This document shows, piece after piece, positions 48,691-60,897 of a DNA stretch of 64,000 nucleotides. Source of the stretch: Candidatus Woesebacteria bacterium (GTDB lineage: Bacteria > Patescibacteriota > Microgenomatia > UBA8517). The notes under the pieces were generated by a model, which had not been told where the DNA came from, made no database searches, and saw only the letters and a list, made by a program, of their open reading frames with translations. The stretch is from positions 692,790 through 756,789 of the forward strand of contig OY970314.1 of the NCBI GenBank assembly GCA_963716475.1. Direction: 5' to 3'. The translations under genes were made by a program, and so were the position numbers. Positions within the stretch are counted from its first letter, which is position 1. Each line of letters opens with the position of its first letter.

Positions 48691-49884
48691 CTAGGCGATT
48701 ATCTTGGTGATGACACCGTCGCCGACTGTGTGTCCGCCTTCACGGATTGCAAATCTGAATCCTTCCTCCATAGCAACAGGAGAAATAAGCTTGATTTTCA
48801 TTTTAGCGTTATCGCCAGGCATAACCATCTCAATTCCGGTAGGCAAAGTGGCCTCGCCTGTAATATCGGCGGTCTTAATATAGAACTGAGGCTTATAACC
48901 CGTGAAGAACGGTGTATGGCGTCCGCCTTCCTCTTTGCTCAAAATATAAACTTCGGCCTCAAATTCGGTATGAGGAGTCAAGGAACCGGGTTTAGCCAGA
49001 ACTTGTCCGCGCTCAACCTGGTCTTTTTCGATTCCCCTAAGAAGTACTCCGATGTTATCTCCTGCCAAAGCCTCATCCAATGTTTTTCTGAACATCTCAA
49101 GTCCCGTAACAACCGATTTTTGCGTGGCTTTAAGTCCGATAATTTCAACTTCTTCGTTAACCTTGATCTTACCGCGATCCACACGCCCTGTAACGACCGT
49201 GCCACGCCCCTGAATGGTAAAGACGTCCTCTATTGCCATTAAGAATGGTTTATCAACATCACGCACGGGATCCGGGATATACTCGTCAACCGCGTCCATC
49301 AAAGCCTGAATTTGTTTTTCGGCTTCAGGATCCCCTTCAACTGCCTTCAAGGCGCTGCCTCTTATAACCGGCACTTCGTCTCCCGGATAACCGTATTTCT
49401 TGAGAAGTTCCCTTACGTCAGCTTCTACGAGATCTATCAGTTCCTTGTCGTCAACCATATCAACTTTGTTAAGGAAAACTACAATCGCCGGAACGTTGAC
49501 CTGTTTGGCCAAAATGACGTGCTCTCTGGTTTGAGGCATCGGACCATCGGCTGCAGAAACAACCAAAATAGCTCCGTCCATCTGGGCCGCACCCGTAATC
49601 ATGTTTTTAATGTAATCTGCGTGGCCCGGAGCATCAATGTGGGCATAGTGGCGTTTCTTGGTTTCGTATTCCTGGTGGGAAAGATTAATGGTGACTCCTC
49701 TTTCTCTTTCTTCCGGAGCGCTATCTATTTCTTCGTACTTTTTGGCAACAGCCAAACCTTGCTTGGCCAAAACCATTGTAATGGCACTTGTCAAAGTAGT
49801 CTTACCATGATCTACATGACCGATGGTGCCGATATTTACGTGCGGCTTTGTTCTTTCGTATTTTTTCTTAGCTTCTCCTGCCAT
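48691..49884 (-). CDS. tuf: Elongation factor Tu
   Basis: [14 protein letters not shown] and NKVD GTPase motifs; 397 aa. Confidence 0.95.
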   Translation of the reverse strand: MAGEAKKKYERTKPHVNIGTIGHVDHGKTTLTSAITMVLAKQGLAVAKKYEEIDSAPEERERGVTINLSHQEYETKKRHYAHIDAPGHADYIKNMITGAAQMDGAILVVSAADGPMPQTREHVILAKQVNVPAIVVFLNKVDMVDDKELIDLVEADVRELLKKYGYPGDEVPVIRGSALKAVEGDPEAEKQIQALMDAVDEYIPDPVRDVDKPFLMAIEDVFTIQGRGTVVTGRVDRGKIKVNEEVEIIGLKATQKSVVTGLEMFRKTLDEALAGDNIGVLLRGIEKDQVERGQVLAKPGSLTPHTEFEAEVYILSKEEGGRHTPFFTGYKPQFYIKTADITGEATLPTGIEMVMPGDNAKMKIKLISPVAMEEGFRFAIREGGHTVGDGVITKIIA

Positions 49885-49933
49885 ATGTGTACAAGTGACT
49901 ATTATATCCGAGGCTAGCCAGGCAAGTCAAGGG

Positions 49934-52105
49934 TTAATTGCCACGAGCCATTACTACCTTACCCGCTTTGGCGACTATTGCTTCGGAAATATTTCTCGGA
50001 ACTTCTTCGTAGTGGGAAGGTTCCATATAATAACTGGCCCTCCCCTGGGTCAGGGACCTGAGTTTTGTGGCATAACCGGAAAGTTCGGCCAAAGGAGCCG
50101 AAGCATTAATAACCGTCATAAGGCCTCTCTTTTCGGTTCCGGAAACCTGAGCACGCTTACTGGAAAGGTCACCTATTACATCCCCCATAAATTCATCAGG
50201 AGTAGAAACTTCAACCTTCATAATGGGTTCGAGTAGAATCGGATCGCTTTTTTTGAAAGCGTCTTCCAGAGCCATGGAACCGGCAATTTTAAAGGCAATT
50301 TCGGATGAATCAACTTCGTGGTAACTCCCGTCAAAAACAACCGCCTTCATGTCAACCATGGGGAAGCCTGCCAAAACTCCGTTTTCCATTTTCTCTTTAA
50401 TTCCTTTTTCGATCGGGGAAATATACTCCTGAGGAATGGCGCCGCCTTTAATCTCACTCTTAAATTCAAATCCTTCACCCCTACCCATCGGTTCAAGCCT
50501 GATAAGGCAGTGTCCGTACTGTCCGCGGCCTCCGGTTTGACGGATATATTTACCTTCTCCTTCGCCGGTTTTCTTGACTGTTTCTTTGTAAGCAACCTGG
50601 GGGGCACCGGTTGTAGCCAAAACATTAAATTCCCTCTTCATCCTGTCTACCAGGACTTCCAGCTGAAGCTCTCCCATTCCGGAAATAATGGTCTGGCCTG
50701 TTTCTGGATTTGATTTGATACGGAAAGTCGGATCTTCATCGGAAAGCTTTGAAAGGGCCAAGCCCATTTTCTCCTGATCGGACTTTGTGGCGGGTTCAAT
50801 GGCAAGTGAAATAACAGGCTCCGGGAAATTAATGGATTCAAGAACAATGGGATGACCGGAATCGCAAATTGTATTACCTGTGGTTGTATCTTTTATTCCG
50901 ACAACAGCCACAATTTCTCCGGCGTAAGCGGTTTCGATAAGTTCGCGCTGGTCCGCGTGAAGAAGAACGAGTTTGCCGATTCTTTCCGGTTTTTGCTCGC
51001 TTGAGTTATAAACCTGCTGACCCGCGGAAAGAGTACCCGAATAAATTCTGACATAAACTAAACGCCCAACGTGCGGATCGGTCATGACTTTAAACGCCAA
51101 GCCGGCAAAAGGGGCTTCATTTTTTCTCTCGCGCGTAGCTTTCTCCCCGGTTTTAGGATCAATTCCCTCAACGGGAGGAAGATCAAGAGGAGAGGGTAAA
51201 AATTCTACTACACCGTCGAGTAGCATTTGGCTTTCGGCACTCCGGTTGTCCCCGCCGAAAATCGGGAAAAACTTGCCTGCAATAACCCCTTTTCGGATAG
51301 CTCTTTTGAGAATTGCTTCATCAATATCCTTACCCTCAAGAAATAAATTCAAGGCTTCGTCATCAAACTCGGCGGCTCTTTCCAAAAGTTCCTGTCGGTA
51401 TTTCTTGACGCTTTCGGCAACTTCTGCAGGAATTTCTTCTTCAGTCAGTTCATGATCGGAAACCTCTTTATAGGTGAAGGCTTTCATTTTAATAAGGTCG
51501 ACCACTCCTCTATGCTCATGCTCCTGGCCGATGGGAACTATTACGGGAGCGGCATTGGCCCCGAGACGCTCGCGGATTGATTTAATCGAACCTTCGAAAT
51601 CGGATCCTATTAAATTCAATTTATTTAAAACGCAGATTCTGGGGACGTTATATTTATCTGCCTGCCTCCAAACGGTTTCCGATTGGGATTCAACCCCTGT
51701 CCTGCCGTCAAAAACCATGAGAGCCCCGTCGAGAACTCTCAAAGAACGTTCGACTTCGGCGGTGAAATCAATATGGCCGGGTGTGTCAATGATATTTATT
51801 CTGTAGTGACCCGCTTCTACCGAAGTGCTTTTCTTCAAATCCCAAAAAGTGGTGATGGCCGCCGAAACAATTGTGATTCCGCGTTCACGCTCCTGGGCCA
51901 TCCAGTCGGTAACAGTGGTCCCTTCGTCCACGGAACCGATTTTGTATGTTCTACCGGTTTCAAAAAGAATCCTTTCAGTGGTCGTGGTTTTACCGGCATC
52001 AATATGAGCAATAATGCCGATATTTCGGATCTTTTCATAGGAGACATTACGGTCTTTAGTGGCCGTCATGACTATCGCTGCCTTTTTCTTTGCTACTTCT
52101 GCCAT
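49934..52105 (-). CDS. fusA: Elongation factor G
   Basis: AHIDAGKTT, DTPGHIDF and NKLN motifs; 723 aa. Confidence 0.95.
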   Translation of the reverse strand: MAEVAKKKAAIVMTATKDRNVSYEKIRNIGIIAHIDAGKTTTTERILFETGRTYKIGSVDEGTTVTDWMAQERERGITIVSAAITTFWDLKKSTSVEAGHYRINIIDTPGHIDFTAEVERSLRVLDGALMVFDGRTGVESQSETVWRQADKYNVPRICVLNKLNLIGSDFEGSIKSIRERLGANAAPVIVPIGQEHEHRGVVDLIKMKAFTYKEVSDHELTEEEIPAEVAESVKKYRQELLERAAEFDDEALNLFLEGKDIDEAILKRAIRKGVIAGKFFPIFGGDNRSAESQMLLDGVVEFLPSPLDLPPVEGIDPKTGEKATRERKNEAPFAGLAFKVMTDPHVGRLVYVRIYSGTLSAGQQVYNSSEQKPERIGKLVLLHADQRELIETAYAGEIVAVVGIKDTTTGNTICDSGHPIVLESINFPEPVISLAIEPATKSDQEKMGLALSKLSDEDPTFRIKSNPETGQTIISGMGELQLEVLVDRMKREFNVLATTGAPQVAYKETVKKTGEGEGKYIRQTGGRGQYGHCLIRLEPMGRGEGFEFKSEIKGGAIPQEYISPIEKGIKEKMENGVLAGFPMVDMKAVVFDGSYHEVDSSEIAFKIAGSMALEDAFKKSDPILLEPIMKVEVSTPDEFMGDVIGDLSSKRAQVSGTEKRGLMTVINASAPLAELSGYATKLRSLTQGRASYYMEPSHYEEVPRNISEAIVAKAGKVVMARGN

Positions 52106-52181
52106 TTAAAAAAACTCCCTACGGAGCAAGTGTGATTTTAACATTCGAAGCTGGTCAGTTCAACTGTCAATCCCCCGTAGC

Positions 52182-52727
52182 CTACTTTGTAAACTTGAAA
52201 GTGGAGAGAATTTGGTCAAATATTTCTTCCGCCCGTTTTTGGTTATTTTGATTATATAAGTATGTGATAGTAAAAAATGGAGATTGCTGGCCAAAATAGA
52301 TAATCCGTTCGTTCGGATTTGAACAGATATCAGAATCTACTCCTGAAAAATATTGAATATCAAAACTTTTACCATCAATGGTAGAAGTTTTTGATTTGAT
52401 GAGAATGGAACATTCCATTCCACCTGTTTTTGTCTGAATCCACATCGAGATTGAATTATCCGGAGCGTGTAGGTTGGCTCCAGGTGTACTTATCCAATCG
52501 TTGGGATACAAAAACGAAAAATTAATTATCGGGTTAGTATATTTCTTCCAATTTAAAGTAGGATCGACGGTTGGCTTTGCGATAGGACTTGGTGAAGCAT
52601 TAGTTGAAGCAATTGGAGTTGGAGATAAAGGACTCCTATTTTTTAGCACTCCAAAATAATACGTTCCGCCGGCAACAAGAGCCAAAAGTATCAGAATTAT
52701 TATCGGCGCAAAACCCTTGCTTTTCAC
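52182..52727 (-). CDS. Hypothetical secreted/membrane-anchored protein (181 aa) inserted between rpsG and fusA
   Basis: N-terminal TM/signal, Pro/Ser-rich linker, Cys-containing domain; no homology recognised. Confidence 0.45.
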   Translation of the reverse strand: MKSKGFAPIIILILLALVAGGTYYFGVLKNRSPLSPTPIASTNASPSPIAKPTVDPTLNWKKYTNPIINFSFLYPNDWISTPGANLHAPDNSISMWIQTKTGGMECSILIKSKTSTIDGKSFDIQYFSGVDSDICSNPNERIIYFGQQSPFFTITYLYNQNNQKRAEEIFDQILSTFKFTK

Positions 52728-52763
52728 TAATTTAATAATAGCACACGAAGAAGTCAGAAGAGA

Positions 52764-53243
52764 TTACCAGCGGAAGTGGGCAAAGGCTTTGTTGGCTTCG
52801 GCAACGCGCTCCATATCGGTTCTTTTCTTTACTGCCGCGCCTTCACTCTTGGCCGCATCCATTATTTCGGCGGCAAGTTTTTTGCCGTAGGTATGAAAAT
52901 CGGAATTTGACCTTGAATTTGCCGCTGCAATTAACCATCTTATTGCTAAGGACTCGCGTCTGGGACCTCTGACCGGAGCCGGAACCTGATAGGCGGCTCC
53001 TCCGATTCTTCGAGCCCTGACTTCCATGGATGGTTTTATATTTTCCAGAGCCTGATCGAAAACTTTTATAGGATCGCTGCCTGATTTTTCTTTTATAATT
53101 TCAAAGGCTTCATAAATTTCGGTCCTGGCAACGGACTTTTTGCCATCACGCATACTCCTGTTGATAAGTTTTGTAACCAACCGGCTTCCGTAAATGGGAT
53201 CCGGCTCTAAAATTTTTGGTCTGACTGTTCCTTTTCTTGCCAT
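52764..53243 (-). CDS. rpsG: 30S ribosomal protein S7
   Basis: 159 aa; conserved S7 sequence. Confidence 0.9.
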   Translation of the reverse strand: MARKGTVRPKILEPDPIYGSRLVTKLINRSMRDGKKSVARTEIYEAFEIIKEKSGSDPIKVFDQALENIKPSMEVRARRIGGAAYQVPAPVRGPRRESLAIRWLIAAANSRSNSDFHTYGKKLAAEIMDAAKSEGAAVKKRTDMERVAEANKAFAHFRW

Positions 53244-53247
53244 ATTC

Positions 53248-53676
53248 CTACGCGGCTTTCGCTCCTCCTTGTCCTTTCTTGGCTCCGTACCTGCTTCTTC
53301 CTGTCTGCCTGCCCGCTACTCCTGTCGTATCATATTTACCCCTGATTACATGATATTTTACTCCAGGAAGGTCTTTGACACGGCCTCCACGGACCAAAAC
53401 AATTGAGTGCTCCGCCAGTTCGTGCCCTTCACCCGGAATATAAGCCGTTATTTCCTGTTTATTTGAAAGGCGGACACGGGCTACTTTCCTTAGAGCCGAG
53501 TTAGGTTTTTTGGGGGTCATTGTTCTTACCGCCAAAACAACTCCCCGCTTAAAAGCGGAGTGGCTTTCGGAAAATTTTCTGTCTTTGGCATTAAACCATC
53601 TCTTAAGAGCCGTGGTTTTTGTCTTTTTGGCAATCTTTTTCCTGCCTTTTCTTGTCAGTTGATTTATTGTTGGCAT
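53248..53676 (-). CDS. rpsL: 30S ribosomal protein S12
   Basis: [14 protein letters not shown]-terminus; [13 protein letters not shown] motif. Confidence 0.95.
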   Translation of the reverse strand: MPTINQLTRKGRKKIAKKTKTTALKRWFNAKDRKFSESHSAFKRGVVLAVRTMTPKKPNSALRKVARVRLSNKQEITAYIPGEGHELAEHSIVLVRGGRVKDLPGVKYHVIRGKYDTTGVAGRQTGRSRYGAKKGQGGAKAA

Positions 53677-53677
53677 G

Positions 53678-56600
53678 TTAACCCTGGTTCATCGCCGCTC
53701 TTTCCGCGGTAACCGGAATGAGCCTACCAATTATAACGTTTTCTTTAAGTCCGACGAGTTTATCTTCCCTTCCAAGAAGAGAGGCTTCGGTAAGAACATC
53801 AGTCGTCTGCTCAAATGAGGCCGCGGAAAGCCAGCTATCCGTATAAAGAGCCCTTCTGGTTATTCCCAAAACTACCTGCTGAGCGCTCGCGGGTTCTCCG
53901 CCGGCTGCCAAAACTTTATCGTTTTCTTCCTCGAAACTGGCACGGCTGGCAAGCTCTCCCGGCAGGAAGGGTGTATCCCCTGTGGTAACCATTCTGACCT
54001 CATCGCTCATTTTCCTGGCAATGACTTCGAAGTGCCTGTCGTTGATCGGAATTCCCTGAGACTCATAAACTTTCTGTATTTCGGCGACAAGATATTCCTG
54101 CGCGGCTCTTAGGCCCTTAATCGAAAGAATATCTTTAATGTCGAGGGCCCCTTTGGCCAAAGCTTCTCCGGCTTCAACTGTGGCTCCGTCTTCAATGGCC
54201 ATTTCCAGAGTCTTGGCAATAATATATTCTTTTTCCTCTTTGGGAGTACCTTTTGATGCAATAGTAACTTTCCAACCTTCATCGGTTTCTGTTATATGAG
54301 CCTTACCGGTAATCTCACTAAGGGCCGAAACAACTTTGGGAAGTCTGGCCTCAACCAGCTCCTCAACTCTGGGAAGCCCCTGGGTAACATCGACTCCGAC
54401 CACTCCCGCGGCATGCTTGGTACGCAGGGTCAGTTGGGTTCCGGGTTCCCCGATAGATTGGGCCGCAACGACCCCTACCGGCATTCCGACTTCCACTACA
54501 CTTTTAGTCCCAAGATCCCAACCGTAACACTTTACACACATCCCGTACCTGGCTTTACAAGTAAGAGGAGATCTTATTACAACTGAGGTGACACCTGCCT
54601 CATCAATCTTCTTGGCAGTGGCCTCATCAATCATGTCCCCTGCCTTGACCATTACGGCCTTTCCTTTGGGTGCAACAACGTCCTTGGCGGCAAACCTGCC
54701 GAAAATTCTTTGGGCAAAAACATGGGGACGCGATTCTTTCTTAATTTCGTAGCCTTCCTTGGTACCACAATCTTCCAATCGGACAATTACATCGTGGGCA
54801 ACATCGACTAAGCGTCGGGTCAGATATCCCGCATCGGCGGTCTTAATGGCAGTATCGGTTAAACCTTTTCTGGAACCGCGGGATGATGTTACGTATTCAA
54901 ATACGGAAAGACCTTCCCTAAAGTTACTTTTAATAGGAAGCTCAACAATTTTTCCGAGAGGATCAACAACCAAGCCGCGGATGGCGGCAAGCTGCTTGAC
55001 CTGATCCCTGGAAGCGCGGCCTACTTTGGCGTCAATGACAACACGGATCGGGTTTGTGACCTCCATTTCATTCCAGGTTTTATCGGCCAAATCTTCCGAA
55101 ACCTCAATCCAAACTTCCTGAGTAAGGCGCCTTTTTTCTTCAGAGGTTATAAGACCCTGGTTGAAATTGTCCTCTATTTCGGAAACCCTGTCATCGGCTT
55201 CCGCAAGCACTTTAGCTTTTCCGGGGTAAAGCTTGGCATCAAAAATTCCGAACGAAATTCCGGAAATTGTTCCGCCAAAAAATCCCAAGTCTTTGATGTC
55301 ATCAACCAGCTGAACCACGCGCTCCCTGGAAACCGTCGCGTAGGCTTTAACAAATAAGGATTTGATAACCGATGAGGTTACGGCTTCATTGATAAAGTCA
55401 AAATTCTCCGGCAAAGCCTCATTGAAAAGCAGCCTCCCGACCGTGGTTTCAACTATTTCCCTGCCGATTTTAACCTGAATTTTTTGCCTGATCTCAAGAT
55501 GATCCGATTGGTAGACATAGATTGCCTCGTCCTTGTCCGCAAAAATTGTCGGATAAATGGAAAGTCTTGTATCTTCGCTCGTCAGGTAATAAGCACCGAG
55601 TGCAATTTCCTTACTGGAAGGGGTTGCGGCCGGGCCGCCGTCACTGGGTTTAAGTAAATTATTTGTCGGAAGCATCAGGGTTTTCGCCTCTTCCACTGCC
55701 TTCGATGAAAGGGGAACGTGAACTGCCATTTGGTCTCCGTCAAAATCGGCATTAAATCCGGAACAAACAGCGGGGTGAAGGCGGATTGCGCTTCCCTCAA
55801 TTAGGACCGGGTAAAACGACTGGATAGAAAGCTTGTGCAAAGTGGGGGCACGGTTAAGAAGTACGGGATGGTCTTTGGTAATTTCTTCCAGGATGTCAAA
55901 AACCTCGGGAGGACGCCTGTCAAGCATGTTTTTGGCACTTTTAACATTGGGGGCAATTCCCCTGGCAATCATTTCGCGAAGCACAAACGGCTTGAACATT
56001 TCAAGAGCCATATCCTTGGGAAGACCGCACTGGGTAAGTTTAAGCTCGGGACCTACTATAACCACGCTTCTTCCGGAATAGTCTACACGCTTTCCCAATA
56101 AGTTCTGCCTAAATCTTCCCTGTTTTCCACGAAGCATATCGCTTAGGGACCTTAGGGGCTGCCTGCCACGGCTTTTTCTTGTTGCCTTCCTTTGGGATGC
56201 ATCAATCAGGGAGTCCACGGCCTCCTGAAGCATTCTTTTTTCGTTCCTAAGGATTATTTCGGGCGCACCCAGTGAAATCAAGTGCTTGAGTCTGTTATTT
56301 CTATTTATTACCCTTCTATAGAGGTCATTCAAGTCGCTTGTGGCGAATCTACCGCCGGACAGCTGGACCATAGGTCTAAGGTCAGGAGGAAGGACCGGCA
56401 AAACCCTAAGTATCATCCAGGAAGGATCCACTTTTGCCCGCCTAAGGCCATCAATAAGTTTCAGTCTTTTAACAAGTTTTACATATTTGCTGCTTCCGCC
56501 CTTTATGGTACCGATCTCCTCTCTCAGAACTTTGGATATTTCCTCCAAATTGATCTTTTCGATAGCATTAAGAATCGCGTCCGCTCCCATTTTTGCCGTA

Positions 56601-57397
56601 AAGAATTCTGTAGCTTCGTGTTCATAAAGCTCATCAAATTCTTCCTCACTAAGAATACTTAAGGGGTGCAAGCTTTTTGCGACAGTCGTGAGATTGTCAA
56701 AAAGTTCGCCAGTTTTATTGACCGTAGCTTTTTCTTCCTCACTAATGGCCGTCTCTTTCTTTCTAAGATTTAATTCGATCTCGGCCGTAGCCAGAGAAGC
56801 TTGTTCCTTGTTTTTGATCTTGTTTGCAATTTTTTCTTTTGCTTCCTTTTCCTCGATTTTAAGAGCATCCCGACGCGATTTATAGTTCTCCGCAACCTCA
56901 TTCAACCTTCCGTCTTTGGCTTTAAGAATATTTTTGATAGCGTCTTTTTTCTTTTCCTCATCAACTTCGGTAACTAAATATCTTGCGAAATAGATAACTT
57001 GTTCAATTCCTCTTGGAGCCACTCCCAAAAGCAAGGAGATTTTTGAAGGGGCGCCTTTGAAAAACCAAACGTGTGCCGTAGGGGTGGCAAGGGTAATGTG
57101 GCCCATTCTCTCGCGCCTGACTCTCGATTGGGTAACTTCAACTCCACACTTATCACAGATAACCCCTTTGTACCTGATTCTTTTATATTTTCCGCAATAA
57201 CACTCCCAATCTTTTGTAGGACCAAAAATTCTCTCATCAAAAAGGCCGTCTTTCTCAGGCTTCAGAGTTCTGTAATTTATGGTTTCCGGTTTTGTAATTT
57301 CGCCACGGCTCCACGCACGAATTTCCTCCGGAGAGGCAAATTTAACGAGTAGGCTCTTAAAATCAGCTAAGTTTTTTAGATCGGCTAGTTGTTCCAT
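53678..57397 (-). CDS. rpoC: DNA-directed RNA polymerase subunit beta'
   Basis: 1239 aa; NADFDGDQM catalytic motif; zinc-binding Cys. Confidence 0.95.
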   Translation of the reverse strand: MEQLADLKNLADFKSLLVKFASPEEIRAWSRGEITKPETINYRTLKPEKDGLFDERIFGPTKDWECYCGKYKRIRYKGVICDKCGVEVTQSRVRRERMGHITLATPTAHVWFFKGAPSKISLLLGVAPRGIEQVIYFARYLVTEVDEEKKKDAIKNILKAKDGRLNEVAENYKSRRDALKIEEKEAKEKIANKIKNKEQASLATAEIELNLRKKETAISEEEKATVNKTGELFDNLTTVAKSLHPLSILSEEEFDELYEHEATEFFTAKMGADAILNAIEKINLEEISKVLREEIGTIKGGSSKYVKLVKRLKLIDGLRRAKVDPSWMILRVLPVLPPDLRPMVQLSGGRFATSDLNDLYRRVINRNNRLKHLISLGAPEIILRNEKRMLQEAVDSLIDASQRKATRKSRGRQPLRSLSDMLRGKQGRFRQNLLGKRVDYSGRSVVIVGPELKLTQCGLPKDMALEMFKPFVLREMIARGIAPNVKSAKNMLDRRPPEVFDILEEITKDHPVLLNRAPTLHKLSIQSFYPVLIEGSAIRLHPAVCSGFNADFDGDQMAVHVPLSSKAVEEAKTLMLPTNNLLKPSDGGPAATPSSKEIALGAYYLTSEDTRLSIYPTIFADKDEAIYVYQSDHLEIRQKIQVKIGREIVETTVGRLLFNEALPENFDFINEAVTSSVIKSLFVKAYATVSRERVVQLVDDIKDLGFFGGTISGISFGIFDAKLYPGKAKVLAEADDRVSEIEDNFNQGLITSEEKRRLTQEVWIEVSEDLADKTWNEMEVTNPIRVVIDAKVGRASRDQVKQLAAIRGLVVDPLGKIVELPIKSNFREGLSVFEYVTSSRGSRKGLTDTAIKTADAGYLTRRLVDVAHDVIVRLEDCGTKEGYEIKKESRPHVFAQRIFGRFAAKDVVAPKGKAVMVKAGDMIDEATAKKIDEAGVTSVVIRSPLTCKARYGMCVKCYGWDLGTKSVVEVGMPVGVVAAQSIGEPGTQLTLRTKHAAGVVGVDVTQGLPRVEELVEARLPKVVSALSEITGKAHITETDEGWKVTIASKGTPKEEKEYIIAKTLEMAIEDGATVEAGEALAKGALDIKDILSIKGLRAAQEYLVAEIQKVYESQGIPINDRHFEVIARKMSDEVRMVTTGDTPFLPGELASRASFEEENDKVLAAGGEPASAQQVVLGITRRALYTDSWLSAASFEQTTDVLTEASLLGREDKLVGLKENVIIGRLIPVTAERAAMNQG

Positions 57398-57400
57398 ATT

Positions 57401-60400
57401 TTATTGAGTTACAGCCTCCTCTATTTCCATAGGACCTTTGTCAGCGGTCAGTTCTTCTGTTGCAACTATTTCGGCGCCAGCCGCTTTGGCTAGTTCCGTT
57501 CCTTCCGCTACAACATCTTCATCAACCTTGGCAACGACAGCTCCTTTTGGTTCTACCGCAAGACCTAAAGAATTAAGTTCACGAACAAGTACTTTAAAAC
57601 TTTCCGGAATCGTGGCCTCCGGAATTTCAACGCCTTTAACAATTGCCTCAAATGCTTTGGCGCGGCCTAAAACATCATCACTTTTAATGGTCAACATTTC
57701 CTGTAATGTATGGGCGGCTCTATGAGATTCGAGTGCCCAGACTTCCATTTCTCCCAAACGCTGGCCTCCCATTTGAGCTTTTCCGCCGAGAGGCTGTTGG
57801 GTAACCAGGGAGTACGGGCCAGTGCTCCTTGCATGGGTCTTATCCTCGACCATGTGGATCAATTTCATTATGTAGCTAATTCCTACCACAGTGTCTTCTT
57901 TGAAAGCCTCACCTGTTCTACCGTCAAAAAGCCTGGTCTTTCCGGTAACCGGAAGACCTGCTTCGGCAAGCTCCTTGGCAATAATATCGGCACCGATTTT
58001 GTCAAAAACCGGCAAAGCCCCTTTCTCATTTTTGGTTTTCAAAGCCCATCCGAGATGTGCCTCCATCAGTTGCCCAAGATTCATACGTGAGATAACAGAT
58101 AGAGGAGAAATGAGAATATCTACGGGAGTTCCGTCGCTCATGTAAGGCATATCTGAAACTGGTAAAATCTTACTTACAACTCCTTTATTCCCGTGTCGTC
58201 CTGCAACCTTATCCCCAACGGTGATCTTCCTGATTTGGGCAACTCTGACTATAACTTTCATTATTACTCCGGGACCAAGTTCGTCTCCTTTATCCCTATC
58301 CAATATCTGAACGTCAACTACAATTCCCCTTTCACCATGTGGAATTCGAAGGGAGGTATCTCTCACTTCGCGTGCTTTTTCTCCAAAAATTGCTCTCAGA
58401 AGTCTTTCCTCAGAAGTAAGCTCTGTTTCACCTTTCGGAGCAATTTTACCAACCAAGATATCATTCGGCCCGACTTCGGCGCCGATCATCACAATTCCGT
58501 CACCAGCGAGGTTAGCAAGTTCCGCCTCGGAAACATTGGGAATATCATTGGTTATTTCCTCAGGGCCAAGCTTGGTATCAACAACTTCAGCCTCATATTC
58601 TTCTATATGAATCGACGTCAGAAGGTCCTCCTTAACAAGCCTTTCGGATATAAGGATTGCATCCTCAAATCCGTAGCCTCCGAAGCTAGTATAGGCAATC
58701 GTCAAATTACGTCCAAGCCCAAGTTCTCCGTCCTCGCTCGCAGGGCCGTCAACCAAAAGATCCCCTGCGGCAACTTTTTGCCCGGGGGTGACCCTTGCTA
58801 TCTGGTTATAACAAGTCGAGTGGGCAGTACGTTTAAACTTGGTCAAATAGTAAATTTCCTTTTTACCCCCTTCGGTAATCTCGACATCGACGTTCTTTAG
58901 CTCACCTTCGTCTGCTTTTTTGTCGAGCTTGACAATAACTTTCTCGCCGTCGACATATTCGACAACCCCTGCATGCCTTGCTCTAATTACTCTTTGCATT
59001 CCTTCAGAAATTACCCCTTCCATACCCGTTCCGACAACGGGCGACTCCGGATTTACAAGAGGGACTGCCTGACATTGCATATTACTTCCCATAAGTGCCC
59101 TATTACCTTCGTCATTTGCCAGGAATGGAATCAAAGATGCAGAAGCTCCAACCACCTCTCTCGGGGTTACGTCAATATACTCAACCAGATTTGCGGCTCC
59201 TTCAATAAATTTTCCTCTATACCTAAGGGGTACACGCTTATCGGTAATAAAGCCCTCTGCATCAACATTTATTCCGGAGTGGGTAATATAGTGGTCTTCC
59301 TCATCATCTGCCGTAAGATAAACCACTTCGTCAGTTATCTTCACTTTCTTTCCAACCTTCTCTACTTTTTTATAAGGGGCTTCTATAAAGCCAAATTCAT
59401 CAACCTTAGCGTATAGCGCCAAGTAAGTAACAAGTCCGATATTTGGTCCCTCAGGGCTTCTTACGGGGTCAATTCTTCCGTATTGGGAGGCATTTACATC
59501 ACGGATGGAAAAGCTGGCTCTTTCCCTATTTATTCCACCCGTTCCCAGCACGGAAATACGCCTGAGGTTGTCCACTTCGCTTAATGGATTTGTATCGTCC
59601 AAAATTGTTGAAAGCTGGTTGCTTCTAAAAAATTCATTTAGAGAGGCTATAAGAGGACGGGCATTAATGAGTGTAGCCGGAAGTGGTTTATCATCAGGTG
59701 AAATAAGGCTCATCTTTTCCTTAACACTTCTCTCAAGCCGGAGTAGCCCCACTCTGAAAGCGTTTACGGCAACAAGCTCGCCGACCCTTCTCAGCCTGCG
59801 ATTACTAAGGTGGTCTATGTCGTCCAATTTTCCAACCCCATTCTGTAAACCGATAAGATAGGAGACGGCTGCAACAGCATCTTGTCTTGTCAAAACCCAA
59901 GTGTTCTTCTCATTAGGAAGACTAACCCCCAGGCGTTTGTTGATCTTAAATCTGCCCACCCGGCCCAAATCATATCTTCTGCCATCTGTGAATAGGCTCG
60001 CAAAAAGAGCCTCGGCATTCTCAAGCACCGCGGGCTCTCCGGGCCTCATTTTTCTGTAAATTTCTATTAGGGCTTCTTCCTGGCTTTTTGTAGTATCTTT
60101 GCTCAGCGTTGCCGCAATATATTTGTGGTCGGCATTTTTGTCAATTTCGGTAAAAGTGTTGACGATTTCCTGATCGGATGCGAGTCCCAGAGCCCTAAGA
60201 AAAACCGTTGCCAGGACTTTTCTGCGCCTGTCAATTCTGGCATAGATAATATCGGCCCTTGTAGTTTCAAATTCAAGCCAGCTTCCGTGCAGTGGGCGCA
60301 CTTCTGCTTTATACAGGACGCGGCCGCTAGAAGGATCGAGTTCTCCCGAAAAATAAGCTCCGGGGGAACGGACAATTTGATTAATAACAGCCCTTTCGAT

Positions 60401-60772
60401 TCCGTTAATAATAAACGTTCCCGAGCTTGTCATCTGGGGAACGTCTCCCAGGAAAACATCTTGTGTAACTTCCTTTCCTGTTCTTTTATTTACAAGTGTG
60501 GCACGGATTTTCACCGGAGACGCATAAGTAATTCCTTTTTTCTGAGCCGTTTTTGGAGAAATTGTCGGTTCACCCAAGGAGTGATCACCTAAACTTAATT
60601 GCCAATTCTTGCCTGTGAAGTCTTCAATCGGAGAAATTGCAATTAATTCTTCTTTAATTCCTTCACCCAAGAACCACTGCCAGCTTTCTCTTTGAACCTG
60701 GCTGAGATTAATTTCGGGGAGATTCTTTTCCTCTTTACCGAAATTTCTGCGGGATGGTTTCTTAGATGTCAT
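57401..60772 (-). CDS. rpoB: DNA-directed RNA polymerase subunit beta
   Basis: 1123 aa; conserved beta-subunit regions. Confidence 0.95.
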   Translation of the reverse strand: MTSKKPSRRNFGKEEKNLPEINLSQVQRESWQWFLGEGIKEELIAISPIEDFTGKNWQLSLGDHSLGEPTISPKTAQKKGITYASPVKIRATLVNKRTGKEVTQDVFLGDVPQMTSSGTFIINGIERAVINQIVRSPGAYFSGELDPSSGRVLYKAEVRPLHGSWLEFETTRADIIYARIDRRRKVLATVFLRALGLASDQEIVNTFTEIDKNADHKYIAATLSKDTTKSQEEALIEIYRKMRPGEPAVLENAEALFASLFTDGRRYDLGRVGRFKINKRLGVSLPNEKNTWVLTRQDAVAAVSYLIGLQNGVGKLDDIDHLSNRRLRRVGELVAVNAFRVGLLRLERSVKEKMSLISPDDKPLPATLINARPLIASLNEFFRSNQLSTILDDTNPLSEVDNLRRISVLGTGGINRERASFSIRDVNASQYGRIDPVRSPEGPNIGLVTYLALYAKVDEFGFIEAPYKKVEKVGKKVKITDEVVYLTADDEEDHYITHSGINVDAEGFITDKRVPLRYRGKFIEGAANLVEYIDVTPREVVGASASLIPFLANDEGNRALMGSNMQCQAVPLVNPESPVVGTGMEGVISEGMQRVIRARHAGVVEYVDGEKVIVKLDKKADEGELKNVDVEITEGGKKEIYYLTKFKRTAHSTCYNQIARVTPGQKVAAGDLLVDGPASEDGELGLGRNLTIAYTSFGGYGFEDAILISERLVKEDLLTSIHIEEYEAEVVDTKLGPEEITNDIPNVSEAELANLAGDGIVMIGAEVGPNDILVGKIAPKGETELTSEERLLRAIFGEKAREVRDTSLRIPHGERGIVVDVQILDRDKGDELGPGVIMKVIVRVAQIRKITVGDKVAGRHGNKGVVSKILPVSDMPYMSDGTPVDILISPLSVISRMNLGQLMEAHLGWALKTKNEKGALPVFDKIGADIIAKELAEAGLPVTGKTRLFDGRTGEAFKEDTVVGISYIMKLIHMVEDKTHARSTGPYSLVTQQPLGGKAQMGGQRLGEMEVWALESHRAAHTLQEMLTIKSDDVLGRAKAFEAIVKGVEIPEATIPESFKVLVRELNSLGLAVEPKGAVVAKVDEDVVAEGTELAKAAGAEIVATEELTADKGPMEIEEAVTQ

Positions 60773-60897
60773 TCGTTATTAGTGGCCTTGAAACACTAAA
60801 GGCCCGCCGTGATGGAAGCGGGACGAACGTACCATTAATGTACGCCTAAGAGTGGATTATATTATCTATTAAAAAGATGTCAACACCCACTTCTGGA

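Noticed and set aside
54296-54586. Plus-strand ORFs inside rpoC and rpoB (for example 54296..54586, 55833..56101, 58193..58900)
   Set aside because: They lie antisense within highly conserved RNA polymerase genes, have low-complexity composition and no ribosome-binding sites. These are shadow ORFs.
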